NCBI GenBank assembly: GCA_951406725.2
Contig: OX597817.1
Location: 50,220,001-50,284,000 of the forward strand
Reading direction: 5' to 3'
From: Octopus vulgaris
Lineage: Eukaryota
Length of the DNA: 64,000 nt
The notes beneath the pieces were generated by a model that saw only the letters and a list, made by a program, of their open reading frames with translations, made no database searches and was not told the DNA's origin. A program made the translations under genes and the position numbers. Of this stretch, positions 1 through 15,574 are shown piece after piece. Numbering within the stretch: the stretch's first letter is position 1; every line of letters begins with the position of its first letter.

Positions 1-1659
<1,659 letters not shown>

Positions 1660-2196
1660 GAATGATCAGTCGTTAAAGGTGAAAATGTCACTGTGCTCTG
1701 GGATTCTCAGGTTAACACAGACAGAAAGATCCGGCCTAATCGACCGGACATAGTCATTAAAGACAGAGGAGAAAATACTTGCAGACTAAGAGATGTAAGT
1801 GGTCCCGCTGATACAAATATATATGTAATTTGACAAATTAAATAAATATAAGAACCTGGAAATAGAAATACAAAAGATGTGGTATCTTAAAGCGAGAATT
1901 GTTCCTGTTATTGTTGATGCCCTTGGTATGATAAGAAAGGAATGTCAAAAACATCTAGATAATATCCCAGGAGAACCATGTCTCAGAGAAATCAAAAAGG
2001 TTCTGCCTACATCCTTAGAAAAACCCTATCAGTTTAAATGTATATGTTGTATTACATGAAGATGTTTCGCTACTGCCCCTGCCACTTTCCCTCCCGAAGC
2101 TTTCAGTCATACTCTAACATCTCTTATCCTTCACTCACTCTAGGACGCTGAGCGTGTCTCGGTGAGTGATTGTAACAAACATGCAAATTAAATGTA

Positions 2197-2198
<2 letters not shown>
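1660..2198 (+). mobile_element. Degenerate RLE-LINE 3' fragment, copy 2 (different family)
   Basis: Encodes VLWD..NRPDIVIKD and MWYLKARIVPVIVDALG with frameshifts; followed by (TAA)n. Confidence 0.8.
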
Positions 2199-2270
<72 letters not shown>

Positions 2271-2383
2271 TGATGATGATGACTATGATGATAATGATGA
2301 TGATGGTGATGATGATGATGATAATAATAATAATAATAATAATAAAAATATTAATAATAATAATAATATTAATAATAATAATA
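2198..2383. repeat. (TAA)n/(TGA)n compound microsatellite
   Basis: Direct reading. Confidence 0.95.
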
Positions 2384-2384
2384 A

Positions 2385-4890
2385 CCTGCTTGCCACTTAT
2401 GTGGAAATTTTTGACTGGAATAGTCGGAGAGTCAATGTACGAACATCTGGAAAAAATGAAGTCCATCCACATGACCAGAATTGCAGCAAGCGTAAGTGCA
2501 GAGTTACCAAGGATCAACTCCTGGTACAGAAAGCTGTACTTAGAGACTGCAAGAGGAGTAAAAACTAAGTTAACCATGTTATGGATCGATTAGCGTAAGG
2601 CGTACGATATGATACACCATTCTTGGCTTATGGAATGTATGAACCTATTTGGTATTGCATCGAATATTGAGCAATTGCTTGAAAAATTTATGGCGACGTG
2701 GAGGAAGGAACTGATAGCATATAGAGGAAGTTTAGGGACAATAGAAATCAGGTACCACTGAAACTGATTCTGAGGAAAGCAAAGGATCGGTATGTATTCA
2801 AGAGCCGTCAACAAAAATTCAACTACTTGTTATTCTTGGATGACCTCAATGTTTATGGTTAAGATGAATCCCAAGTCAGTTCCCTCGTTGATACGGTGTA
2901 TACTTTCAATGATGATATTGGAATGAAGTTCGGACTGAGAAAGTGTGGTGTGTTAGTATTGAAGAGAGGAAAAATCAAATGTATGAACGGGTCAGCGATA
3001 ACGTCGGGGGAGGTTATGAAGCAGATAGGAGAGACAGGCTATAAGTACTTGGGGTTATTGGAAATGGATAGATTGATGGAGAAGTAAATGACAAGAATGA
3101 ATTAAGAGGGGGTACTTGCAAACTGAGACTGATCCTTAAGTTGAAATTAAATGGACGGAATAAGATTGAAACTATCAATAGCTGGGCGGTTTTACTCCTT
3201 AGATATGGAGCAAGGGTAATCGCATGGGCAGTGGACGAACTAAACAGCTTAGACAGAAAAACAAGGGAGTTGCTGACTAGATATGAGATACTCCATCCAA
3301 AAAGGGAAAAAGACAGACTGTATGCACAAAGAAAAAGAGGTGGAAGAGGACTACTTGGATGCGAACACAGCATTAGAGCAGAAGAAAACAACATAGCATG
3401 ATTATTGGAAGTAAGAAGGGTAGGCTTGTGTAGGATGGAAGATTGCAAAGATAAAGCACTGTACAAGCACTTAAGAATGAAAGGAACTGTAAATAGGTGG
3501 GTAAAGAAAAGAATGCATGGACAATTTCATAGCGATGGTGAAGACAAGACAGACAGAAAAAAGAGATGCTTATGGAAGACTAAAATTGATTTAAAACCGA
3601 AAACGAAGGCTCTAATCTGTGCTGCCCAAGAGCAAGCATTAAGAACCAATTACATCAAATATAGAATAGAAAGTTGTAAGTGCAGACTCTGTGGACAAAA
3701 TGGTGAAACCGTATGGCATATTACCAGTCAATGTACGTCACTAGTCTAGAAAGAATATGAGAATATGACAATATAGCAAGGACTGTCTATTGGACACTTG
3801 GCAACAAGTATGGACTTGAGAGAGCAAAAAATGTTAAGAACATAAACCCGAAAACATCATCGAAAATGATAATAGAAAGATCCTATGGGATTTTATGATT
3901 CAGTGCGACCATGAGATAGAGAATAGGAATTCTTTTCTGCACTCGGCATATGGCTCGAAACTTTGGGGAGGGGGCCAGTCGATTAGATCGACCACAGTAC
4001 GCAACAGCTACTTAATTTATCGACCCCGAAAGGATGAAAGGCAAAGTCGACCGTGGTATAATTTGAACACAGAACATAAAGACAGAATACCTATTTCTTT
4101 ACTACCCACAAGGGGCTAAACACAGAGAGGAAAAAACAAGGACAAACAAACGGACTAAGTTTATTATATCGACCCCAGTGCATAACTAGTATTTATTTAA
4201 TCGACCCTGAAAGGATGAAAGGCAAAGTCGACCTCGGCGGGATTTGAACTCAGAACGTAGCGGCAGGCAAAATACCTATTTCTTTACAACCCTCAAGAGG
4301 CTAAACACAGAGAGGACAAACAAGGACAGTCAAACATATTAGGTTGATTATATCGATCCCAGTGCGTAACTGGTACTTATTTAATCGACCACGAAAGGAT
4401 GAAAGGTGGAATTTGAACTCAGAACGTAGCGGCAGACGAAATACTGCTAAGCATTTCGCCCGGCGTGCTAACTTTTTTGCCAACTCACCGTCTTAGACAT
4501 AGTGTTAATTGTGAAAGAAAGCAAACGATGCTGGATCAAAGATATAGCATGTCCAGATGACAACATGTTATGCGATATGGAGGAAAGAAAAGTCGATAGA
4601 TTTGACAGATTAGCTTGGGAGGTGAAATAATGTTGGTCGCTGAAAAAGCTGAAAAAGTAGTACCAATAATTGTCGGAGCGCTGGAATCAGTAAGTAAAAA
4701 ATTTTCGGAAGTACATGGAACAAATAGGGGCTGCAATAAGGGTAGAGCACTTGCAGAAAACAACACTGGTTGGAACCTCTCGAATACTCCGGATGGTGCT
4801 CGAAAAACAAGGGGTATTTCCTTAGCTCACTGGAAGTGAACAGCTGACACCGTAGTACATCTCTAGCGTCATAAGCTGTGCAAAGACAAT
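2385..4890 (+). mobile_element. Degenerate RLE-LINE copy 3 (RT C-terminal half to RLE), interrupted by SINEs at ~3930-4495
   Basis: CLPLMWKFLTG, WID..KAYD, LFLDDL, DIGMKFGLRKC, YKYLG, GGRGL, CAAQEQALRTN, CRLCGQNGETVWH, PIIVGAL; many stops. Confidence 0.85.
3930..4495 (-). mobile_element. tRNA-derived SINE, family A, with internal tandem module duplications
   Basis: Reverse complement of the family A sequence (ggcgagctggcagaaacgttagcacgccggg...gagttcaaattcc...); the module aggatgaaaggcaaagtcgac..aatttgaac occurs three times. Confidence 0.85.
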
Positions 4891-4902
4891 GAAATACTAA
4901 TA

Positions 4903-5050
<148 letters not shown>

Positions 5051-5054
5051 CAGT

Positions 5055-5785
5055 TACAGAGTTCTGGTCGCTATGGATGAGGAATGACCTGAAAATCGAG
5101 ATAGAAGCACTCATATGTGCAGCTCAGGAACAAGCGTTAAAGACCAACTATATGAAGTGCAAAATAGACAAAACTACAAATAGCGACAGATGCAGAATAT
5201 GTGGTAAGCGGGGGGAAACGGTATAGCACATCGCTAGCGAATGCTCGAAATTGACACAACACGAATACAAGAGGCGCCATTACAATGTGGCAAGAATGAT
5301 CCTTTGGGAGCTCTGTGGAAGTCATGTCCTAAAAAGACCAAAGATGTGGTATGAGAAGGAAGTCACCGAGAATGATAATTGCAAAATCTTGTGGGATGCA
5401 ATGCTCCAGTGCAATAACCTGACCAGACATCGGAAATCGGACATTGTTGTGGTGAATAAAAAAAGAAAGAACATGCATGATAATTGACATAGCATGCCTT
5501 GGTGACAACAGGATCAATGTGAAAGGAGAAGAAAAAATAAGCAACTACGACGATTTGAAGTGGGGAATAAGAAGGTTGTGGACGATGAAGAGAGCAGACG
5601 TGATACTAATAGTAATTGGTGCACTTCAGCTGAAAAAGAGTGGTGCAAGTGTGAAGGTAGAACACTTCAAAAATCAGCATTGCTTGGAACTGCAAGAATT
5701 CTTTGCAGGGTTCTTGAAGCATAACAAGTCTGCTGGTTGTGGACAGCTGACAGTTTCCATCAGTAAAATGTGCTGAGTTTTCATC

Positions 5786-5788
<3 letters not shown>
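5055..5788 (+). mobile_element. Degenerate RLE-LINE 3' fragment, copy 4
   Basis: CAAQEQALKTNY, CRICGKRGETV, RRHYNVAR, ILWD, IIDIAC, VIGAL. Confidence 0.85.
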
Positions 5789-5834
<46 letters not shown>

Positions 5835-5837
<3 letters not shown>

Positions 5838-5990
5838 TGCACTACTAGGCACTGCACACATCCTACGCAGAACACTTTCCATACTACAATAACCATCAGA
5901 GCATCACAACAAATCACAGCACATGCCCATGCCACACAGAGCTGTGCTCGGTAGTGAAGTGAAAGCACGCTGTAAGGGTAAAACTACTGA
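5835..5990 (+). mobile_element. Very short 3'-terminal copy of the same family as copy 1
   Basis: Near-identical to 1381-1533 (attgcactactaggcactgcacacatcc...aaactactga); flanked by TAA repeats. Confidence 0.9.
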
Positions 5991-6034
5991 ATAATAATAA
6001 TGATGATGATGATAATGATGATGATGATGATGAA

Positions 6035-7400
6035 GGTAATTCAACCTCAATAAATATCTGGAGTTGCTTGATGCAGATGGAATCAAGCACCAGAACATCT
6101 TGAAAACGACAAAAAGAGCGAGTGAGAAAAATATTGGCTGCAAAGCTGAATGCCAGAAACATAATCCCAGCAATAAACTCGCGCGAAGTCGCAGTAGTTC
6201 GGTATGGTGCTGGAATTCTGAAGTGGACAGAGGAGGAGCTACAGGAGATGGACAGGAAGTCAAGAAATCTCCCAACGATGCATGAAGCCCATCATCCACG
6301 TGCAGACACTGATCGCCTATACATGAAGAGAGCAAATGGAGGAAGGGGACTGATAAATGGGGAAGACTGCATGCTTATCGATGTCGAGGGCTTAATGAGA
6401 TACCTAACTCAAAGTAAGGAAACCTTGCTAGTGACAGGAACGAGGGAGTATTGAGGACAGAGAAAAAGACGGGAAGCATAGGAAGACGAACAAAAAGGAC
6501 ACGAAGAAGAATTACTCAAGCGGCGACTACACGTTTCAATTCCATCTGGCCACAACAGAAATTGCTGGAAAAATAGGTGGGAATGACTGATGAAGGAAAC
6601 ACTACCAAAAGAGACCAATAGCCCTATAATGGCAGCTCAGGACCAAGTTTTGGCCGCGAACTGGGTGGTTAACTTGAGTAATGAGGAAGTGGCTCCGCTG
6701 TGCTGAATCTGCAATAGAGTGGATGAAACCATTGGCCATATCATGAACGAAGGTCCTAGAGTTGTCCAAATCCACTACAAGTTGTGCCGACACGACCAGG
6801 TAGCGACAAAAGTGCTACATTGAAAACTGTGAAATGTGGGGGCTAGAAAGAGGCAACGCGTGGTATGAGCGCAAACCGCAAAGAGTGGTAGTGTCGGAGA
6901 CTAGCAAAATCCTCTGGGATTTCCTAATCCAAATAGATAAGGTGCTAGAGCATAACAGACAGGACCTAGTAGTGTTGGACAAGGAGCACTACATATGCTA
7001 TATAGTTGACGTTACATGCCCCTTTCGCCCACGAATATTTAAGAGGGAAGGTGAAAAAATAGACAGATACAACCCTTCCTAACTACGGAATAGCCCGGTT
7101 ATGGAATATGAAGAAGGTGAAGACTGCTAATATGGAATCTGATGTCAGATGTTTTAACTGGTGAACTCTATAGATACTTAGAAAAAAGTGGGTTGCAACC
7201 TATTGAACTGAAAGGGTGCTGAAAGAGGATCATCAAGAAGAATATAAAGGAAATCGGAATAGAGTGCCCAGTAGAACTGTTACAAAAGGTTTGCCTCCTT
7301 GGCATGGCCAGAATAATCAGGAAAGTATTAGATAGTTGAAAAGAACAGACAGCGCGGTGCCGTATGCTGCAAGCAGCAAGTCCGTTATGCATGCAAGACT
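6035..7400 (+). mobile_element. Degenerate RLE-LINE 3' fragment, copy 6
   Basis: AINSREVAVVRYGAGILKW, HHPRADTDRLY..GGRGL, MAAQDQ, RHDQV, ILWDF, IVDVTCP, LLQKVCLLG. Confidence 0.85.
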
Positions 7401-8501
7401 TCGAACGAATGTTTAACCAAAAGATCGATATGTTGATTGGTTAAAGAGTTAATCAGTTGATGAATAATATATAAGTCTAATAGAACCAGTGAGTGTGTGT
7501 GAGTTTTATTGGCATTATGACCCTACCGAGATAATAAAAACTAAGATAGCCTGCAGTAAGTTTTAGACAATTGGGATGCGATTGTCAAATTGCTGGAAAA
7601 TTCTTCTTGCTAACACGGCACAAATGATTTTCCCTTTTCCCATCTATTCAGAAAATGTTAATGATTATGACATGAGGTATATACCTTAGTGAAATTTTAT
7701 AGCTGCATGTATTAAATTTCCTTAGAATATTCTTCGTAATTACTTAGAAACGGTCTGTCAAGAAACATTTTACAATATGCTAGTTTGATGTCATATTTAC
7801 GTTTGATAATTAAACATTCGGAAAAAATATTGATGTTACTTTTGTTACCACATTTAGCATTTTCAAATAACGAATTAAGTGAATTATAAGGATACCGTCA
7901 TTAAGGTTATTTCTTCCATAGTTTTTACACGGTATCTACGATATTTCAGAAATTATCTTGACAGGGATCTTGTTTCTACTTAATGAATGATTCAATATAA
8001 TTAAACATATTTTATGCATTGGATTGTTTGCTGCAACCCATTTCCCTACTTTAGTTCTTAATTTAAACGAATTCCTATACCGTAATATGAAGTAATCTTC
8101 TCCAGGTTCATTCCTATAGTTTTTGCTGAATCTTTACATATTTCTCCTTCATTTTTAAATCAGTAACACAATGATCTATTACACAATGTCTAATTTCCAT
8201 TAGTTGAATACGTTTTAAACTGACTGTGTTGCTTTGAATAATACTTGTGCACAAGTAAATATCCGCAAACCAACAGATAAGCATGAGGAATTCGTGGTAA
8301 TTAAAGTAATTTCTTTAAATCAAGATCTAAATTAGGGGAAACGGGATATAGAAAACAATCTAATATATAAAATATGCTTAATTATATTGAGCCATTCATT
8401 AAGTAGAAAAATGATTAATTCAAGTTAGTTTCTAAAATATCGTAGATGTTGTACTAAAATATGGGAAAAAGAACTTTAATGGTTGTATCCTTATAACTGA
8501 A

Positions 8502-8878
8502 CTAGCAGTATAGCCCGGCGTTGCTCGGGTTTGTTTCGACCCTTTAGAATTGGAATTTTTGAAAAGTTAAAATTTTACATTATGTAGCTTGATATTCTCT
8601 TTAAGTGAACATTTTTCTGGTTGAAATACACCGAAAAATGGCGACACAGCAGTCAAAACATCATTAAAAAAAAGCACCTTTTTGATGTAAATAATTTTTG
8701 GTGTTAACATGGTCCTATTTCAATTTCTTCCTCTACAGAATGAAGAGCAAGCCTTCTTCTATTATACTCTCAATTTTGGTCAACTTGCGCTGCAGGGTCT
8801 CGGAGGAGATAATGTTAGTTGAAGGCTACCAAACCTGTCACACACACACAGACAACTTCAGCTTTATATATATATGGA
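8502..8878 (-). mobile_element. Non-autonomous Helitron
   Basis: Minus strand reads 5'-TC...hairpin cccgagcaacgccggg...CTAG-3', inserted between A and T; homologous to 50506-50897 and 51245-51640. Confidence 0.85.
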
Positions 8879-9159
8879 TTACTGGAACCTCTCGCGCAAG
8901 TCAACTCGCTTGTAGATGATTATAGATGGACATCCCGGGCTATAGGTAGATGGATATGCATAATACTCGGAGCCCCTATTTACAGCCTGGTGGCCTGGTC
9001 ATCGAAGGCTAGATGGAATCGAACCAAATATCATCTCAATTGCTACAGCAAAAACCTTGCCATCTTTATTTTTACCCTAATGAGTTCTCCGTTTTGGGTT
9101 CTCCGTTTGTCTGACGATGAATATTCTGTGGTGCGATCATCAGAAAATCTGATTCAGTA

Positions 9160-9445
9160 AATTAATGTGCGAGCAGGTTGAGTATTCCACAGACATGTGC
9201 ACTATGGCCTTAACTGTTAGGTACAATCAGAGTGACGATAGTGTGACCAGCCTGGACCCTTAAATTTCAGGTAAAATCGATCGGGCTTCTAGATAGTTGT
9301 CCATCTCTCATCAGTTTCCCTTACAGAATATGTAGAGATCCGAAGATATGCTAAAATAACTCACCCAAGATAGCACGCTCTAGTATTGAAACCGAGACCT
9401 CATAATTCTGAGTCGGGTTACTGAACCACCTCCTGGCCATGCCTG
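9160..9445 (-). mobile_element. Degenerate tRNA-derived SINE, family D
   Basis: Shares the block aaattaatgtgc..gagtattccacagaca with 61650-61940; tRNA-like head at the right end. Confidence 0.5.
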
Positions 9446-9964
9446 TATCTACAAAATTATTTATACTATGTAAATTAATGCAAAACTAAAATTTACTTAA
9501 AACTAAACAATAGTATTTAGCAAAGAATGCCGATAAAATTGTTAATCGGTGAGAAATGAAATTCAAATTTTGATCCCACGTATGTAAATTCATAAATACA
9601 GCAAAACCAGGTTTCATAACTGCTTTTCTTCTTCATTCACTTTGTTCCTCAATGTAATTATATATTATTTCGACGCAGTTTATGTATCGTGTTAATATGG
9701 ATTCTTATTATATATTCTTATGCTGTTTCCTCAATAATTGATTAAACTTCTCTTAAATACAATCTTGTCATTCGAAATTGTCATCTAAATAAAATATTGT
9801 ATTACAAACCTGTGAGGAAACTTCTTACATTGAAGACAGCTCTGAAAGAAACCAGTTGTTAGTTCTTATTTATTATGTAACTCATTCCTATGGCACGGTA
9901 AGTGTTTCTGGCTTATTTTCACGTGCAATTTATATTAGCTATTACAGAAGTAAGCCTTAAGTGC

Positions 9965-9965
<1 letters not shown>

Positions 9966-10001
<36 letters not shown>

Positions 10002-10035
10002 TATATGTATGTGTGTGTGCGCATATTTATATATT

Positions 10036-10075
<40 letters not shown>

Positions 10076-10211
10076 ATATATGTAAATATCTCTCTCTCTC
10101 TCTATATATATATATATACATACACACACACACATATATATATATATATTATACACACACACATATATATATATATATTATACACACACACACATATATA
10201 TATATATATAT
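9966..10211. repeat. (TA)n/(CA)n/(TC)n compound microsatellite
   Basis: Direct reading. Confidence 0.95.
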
Positions 10212-10784
10212 GTCTGTGAGTCTGTCTGAACGCATGTACGTATGTATATTTATGCTTTTGTTCATGAAAAGGAGAGCATTATATTGATAAGATATAAAAC
10301 ATAAAGATCTGAATGGCGGCCACGTTTCCTTTCCTGAACTCTTTTCTGGTTTTGGTGGATAAACGAGTTGTATATTGCAGCCGTAAACTTTCCATTCTGC
10401 AAACAACTTAAGTATATTAATAAAGATATTAATAATAATATTGATTTCTAACATACTACAACATAAATTTAGAAGGAAGCGAAAGAGAAGAGTTTGATTC
10501 TATCAAACAGAATATAATGTGTGAACGAGTTTTCTTGACCCTGGAAAATTTATGAGCAAAGTTGCTACCCCTGAGGGGATAAGAGCATAGAAGATAAATG
10601 ATTTTTCTCTTGTACTTTGCTCCGTCATAACCATGATGGTAACATATTACGGTAGTTACATTATGTTCTATTTTGGGGGAAGTGAGTTGATAGATCAAAT
10701 CAACAACACGGTTCTTCACAATTGCTTTATTTCAACCGACCTGAAATGAAGTGAATCAAAGTAAAACGTCAGGTGGGATAATGT

Positions 10785-10955
10785 TTTTACTCTTTTACTT
10801 GCTTCAGTCATTTGACTGTGGCCATGTTGGAGCACTGCCTTTAGTCGAGCAAATCGACCCCAGGACTTACTCTTTGTAAGCCTAGTACTTATTCTATCGG
10901 TCTCTTTTACCGAACCGCTAAGTTACGAGGACGTAAGGACATCACCATCGGTTAT
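10785..10955 (-). mobile_element. SINE family B, 3' half
   Basis: ttttactcttttacttg..cagtcatttgactgtggccatg...gaaccgctaagttac matches the other family B copies. Confidence 0.85.
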
Positions 10956-12027
10956 CAATATGATATTCTATTTTTCGACCCTTTCTTATCAGAGCCATCA
11001 CTCTTCAACTCATAGAATTGGCAATCCTTCCGTTCTGCTGCCACTTGTGGTAGATATCTGCCAAGAGGTCTCCAAACAAGTCTGGCATATAAAAAAACTC
11101 GTAAGGTAGACCATCCAAGCCAGGCGATTTGTTTCTCCCGCAGTAAGCCATTGCTTGCTGCATTTCCGCAGCTGTTAATGGTTATCCGCAACACTCCACC
11201 TCTTTTGCCGAGAGTCACGGAAGGCCGTCGAAGTAGTCACTAAAATCAATCCTGCATTCCCGTTTGCCATTTTCCCCGAAAAATCGACCAAATGCTACTG
11301 AAAAACCTCATGCATCTATTTAGGTTTTAGACTATACATTCATTACGCTCCGCAAAAATCCGAAATATTTCTTTCTTACCACGTTGTGACTCAGTCACTC
11401 GAGCCTATCGAGTGTCTTTCGTACTCTCGTGTCTTAGAGCAAGTGCTTCATGTTGGAGAATTTGTCGATTGCTAATCCCACTACGAGCATTTCGTTTGAG
11501 AGCCTTTTCTAAGAGCCTCATTTCTAAGTCTCCCTAATCTATATTTCTTTATAACTACAACCTTACTAATTCTAAGTGATTCTCTTCTAAGTGCTCTTTT
11601 CAGAACGAACCATGCGTTGTTTGTTTCATTCTTTATATTGCTGTTGTTTCTACTCTTGTTGTGCTGTAAATGCTGCATTCAGTCCTGCAGCTAGAACTGG
11701 ATCTAGTCTTGAATTCCTTTATCGACGCGTATCAATACTGAATTATTTCCCTCCTTGTTTGATCTAAGGGAAAATTCTGTTATATTGAGAAGGTTGTGGG
11801 CTGATTCTTCCGGCTGATAACCCGATGTGTCGACAGAATCTCACGAATTGCTAATGGATGGACACTGAAAAATTTTGTAGGAGACAATTTCATCTACTTG
11901 GGCATATCTCGAACTGTTCGAGTGTCAAATTATAACCCACGTTGCACTAACCTGTAAAGTAAGATCGACGCACCACCTTCTTGTGGCAGAAATTGACAGA
12001 CAGTCACTTGTTTTGTCAGTTGGCTGA

Positions 12028-12395
12028 ACGAGGTGCTCTTTGAGGTCAAAATTTCCACTTTTGAACTTGGCATACCAATCACGAGCGATACTTTCAGCTA
12101 TGGCACCCTCTCCATACACAGCACAAATGTGGCGAGCAGTTTTTGTGACCTTAGAACCTTAATTAAAAGCAAAAAAAAGGAGGTGTCGAAAATACTCATT
12201 TTTCTTAACTTGACATTCCATTTTAATGATCTGTAAATAAACAAAAAATAACTAAAATAACTAGAAAAAAAAACAAAATAGATTCCAAAATAATTCAAAA
12301 ATAGAATTCTCGAAAAAAAAAAAAGATTCTAAAATTTAAAACACAATAAATTCCAAAATTTAAAAAAAGCGGCGAGAACTTAGTTGCCAACCAAG
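12028..12395 (-). mobile_element. mariner fragment: left TIR plus transposase N-terminal HTH
   Basis: YGEGAIAESIARDWYAKFKSGNFDLKE is a mariner HTH signature; TIR-like cttggttggcaactaagttctc next to a TA at 12396-12397. Confidence 0.8.
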
Positions 12396-12399
12396 TAGT

Positions 12400-12740
12400 A
12401 TCTCCATAGTTGCATCACGCCAATCTGGAAGAACCTCTTCACTTTGCCAAACCCTCTGAACCGCATCCATATTTATATATCTCTGCACCTAGTCTATCTA
12501 AACTAGGGTCCTTTCCATTGTTCAGTTTCCTGATTGCTGCTTTTCTTTCAGCCAGGTTTAAAACTTCTGTTATAAGATGTTTTATTGATCTCTCGAGTAT
12601 ATTATCAAGAAAAGGGAGATCAACTCCAGTTTGTCTATTGAGCAACTCATCAAAATGTTCTTTCCATCCCCCAACAATATCTTCAGGATTTGTTGATAAT
12701 TCTGTGCCGTCCTTGCTCCGAAGTGTCGCAACCTTTGATA
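12400..12740 (-). mobile_element. RTE-clade LINE fragment (pre-RT linker)
   Basis: LRSKDGTELST..WKEHFDELLNR; AIRKLNNGKDPSLDRLGAEIYKYG. Confidence 0.8.
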
Positions 12741-13398
12741 AAATGGTTTGCTACTGTTACAAATGTGCGCAGAGATGGATTTGTATGTAATGTATATAAT
12801 GTTTCAACTAAAGAATAAGTATAAAACGACATACATCCTCAGCGGGAAACGAGATACTCGGGACATTGTACGAATGATGCGTGGTGCAGAGTGCTGGTCT
12901 GATCATAGGCTTTTGCGTGCCAAGGCGAATTTTGTTGTCAAGCTTAAGGTTAGAGCAAATAATGACAAATTACTTAGCCGGATTGATGTCAATAAACTTA
13001 AGATTCTGTCAGTACGCAGTGGGTTTGTGAGTGAGATAAATAATTTGTCCTGTGATGGAAGCTGGAAGTCATTCGAAGAAAGATTGTACAAGATTTGTAG
13101 TAACATTCTTGGCTTTGTTGTAAAAAAAAAACAAACCAAGATCGGTTTGACGATAATGATGAAGTTAATTTTATTATAGAGGAGAAGCGAAAGGCATTTA
13201 ACATGTTGCAAAATGTTGACGTGTAAGCGAACAGGATAGTGGCGACATATATTTGAAGGCAGTAAAGGCAACAGTGCAGAGGAAGCGACGGAGAATGAAG
13301 GAAAATTGGTGGAGTGATAGATGCGATGAAATCCAAGATGCTTCAAATGCTAACAATTCCAAACTTTTTTACTCTCTCTTGAAAAAAGTTGGTGGACC
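12741..13398 (+). mobile_element. RTE-clade LINE fragment (APE C-terminus plus linker), inverted relative to the adjacent piece
   Basis: NGLLLLQMCAE, MRGAECWSDHRLLR, ENWWSDRCDEIQ..FYSLLKKVGGP. Confidence 0.82.
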
Positions 13399-13445
13399 AC
13401 ACATACACACACACACAGACACACACACACACACACGCATGCACG

Positions 13446-13507
<62 letters not shown>

Positions 13508-13627
13508 TATAAATTGCTCTTAAATGTGGTTTTGGTCGTTTTGACTGCTTCTTCTAGCGTGTAAAGCTGCCTATTGAAGGCAGCTTCACTTGGGTTTAAG
13601 TGTGCACTATTTTATATTGAGTACACA

Positions 13628-13689
<62 letters not shown>

Positions 13690-13823
13690 CATACATACAT
13701 GCATATACATATATATATATGCACATACATACATATATATATGTATATATATATGTATATATATATATCTATGTATATATGTGTATGTATATATATGTAT
13801 GTATATATATGTATATATATATG

Positions 13824-13875
<52 letters not shown>

Positions 13876-13972
13876 TGTGTATATATATGTATATGTATAT
13901 ATATGTATATATATATATACGTTTAAATATTTATTGGCTAAACTGGCAATATGACCATTCCGAAATATAACA

Positions 13973-14028
<56 letters not shown>

Positions 14029-14036
14029 GTATGCAT
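13399..14036. repeat. (CA)n/(TA)n/(TATG)n microsatellite field with two short unique inserts
   Basis: Direct reading; inserts at ~13510-13625 and ~13920-13975. Confidence 0.92.
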
Positions 14037-14448
14037 ATGTATTACATACAAGCTGCTAGCACTCCGTATTCTGTCTTTTATTAAATACTATCCTTGTTCC
14101 TGACCGCAGGCTTTTTTTGTTTATTTTTCCCGATCTTGTTTCATTGTACATATGTAATTTCTTTCACATGTCCCTGTTCCCTTCCTTCAATAACTGCTCA
14201 ATCTATAGTAGTTAGTCCAATAATACCTTTTCCTTGCTATTTCTCGACTTGTTTATCCTTTTAAGTTTGTTAATTGTGTACTAAGAACTCCGCGAGTACA
14301 ACATGTTTACCACCATACCCAGTACTATTGCAAATATCCCATGCTATTTTTATATGCAAGTTCCTTTGAAACTTTTGATCTCCTATTCTCTCTTGGTAAC
14401 TATCAGCTTCTTTACTTCTGTCTTTCTGTATCTATCGATGTCTCTGCC

Positions 14449-14533
<85 letters not shown>

Positions 14534-14595
14534 GCTAGCTAGCTAGCTAGCTATTCCTCTATCGCTCTATCTCTCTCTATTTACCTATCTTTCTT

Positions 14596-14628
<33 letters not shown>

Positions 14629-14683
14629 ATTTTATCTATCTATATTTTATCTATCTATCAAACTTTCTTTCTAACTATGTGTG

Positions 14684-14761
<78 letters not shown>

Positions 14762-14780
14762 TGCGTGTGTATGTGTGTGA
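14449..14780. repeat. (TATC)n and (TG)n microsatellites
   Basis: Direct reading. Confidence 0.95.
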
Positions 14781-14819
14781 TATTCACTCATATGATTTGT
14801 GTTATATTCTGTATTTTGT

Positions 14820-15572
14820 TTCATTAGTTCTATATCTGACTGTTTGAAAAACCAAGCAAAAAACCTGAACTGCTACCCACGCCGCCATATGCAGAACTAA
14901 TTAAACAACTTTACAAACAAATGAAGGAACACCAGCAACCAACAAGCCAGCCCAACCAAACAACACCACCACCAGCGCCACCAAGAACAAAAACAACACC
15001 ATCATCATCACCAACAACAGCTACCACAAAGAAAGAAGAGAAAACCAAAAAGACTCATACCCCACCCCCAAAACCCATACACCACACCCCAAATGTTACA
15101 AAGCAGCACCAACACCAGCAGCAAAATTAATACACTCAGAAATAAACCCCAATACACTTCCCCTCCCACATTCTGATTCCTGCGACATGTCGTCAGAGGA
15201 AGACGACACAGAAGATTGGCAAGTGACCACGGGGGGAACGGGATTAAGAGGAAAAAGGAATAGAGGAGCAGACAATCAAAGCGGGGAGGTTTACCGCTCC
15301 CGAAACCAAAACACCCGCGGAAAACAAAAGCATCAACACAAACACACTAACACCAAACCCCTCAACAATTTTGACAGCTATAAACACCAACAATCCAGAC
15401 CTAAGAGAGTATATTAGTTCAAACACCAGCATAACAGAAAACGATACGAAAACAAATAATCACCCACGCATACCACCACTACAACACATTAAAATCATAC
15501 ACATAACACAGAACACACGCAATGCACTGAAATCTCTCTACCCGGATGCAGTTGGGAGATTTCAAAAGCACA
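14820..15572 (+). mobile_element. Probable LINE 5' region (A/C-rich, ORF1 N-terminus-like)
   Basis: Strong A/C strand skew and low-complexity ORFs (MSSEEDDTEDWQVTT..KRNR) resembling an ORF1 start; no catalytic motif seen. Confidence 0.4.
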
Positions 15573-15574
15573 TA

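Noticed and set aside
3930-4495. Repeated ~30-bp motifs with spacers, superficially CRISPR-like
   Set aside because: They are reiterated SINE modules: the spacers are homologous to each other and the context is eukaryotic with no cas genes.
10955-11960. Possible further LINE remnants (for example NFIYLG at ~11885)
   Set aside because: Only one weak motif; family and boundaries cannot be supported.
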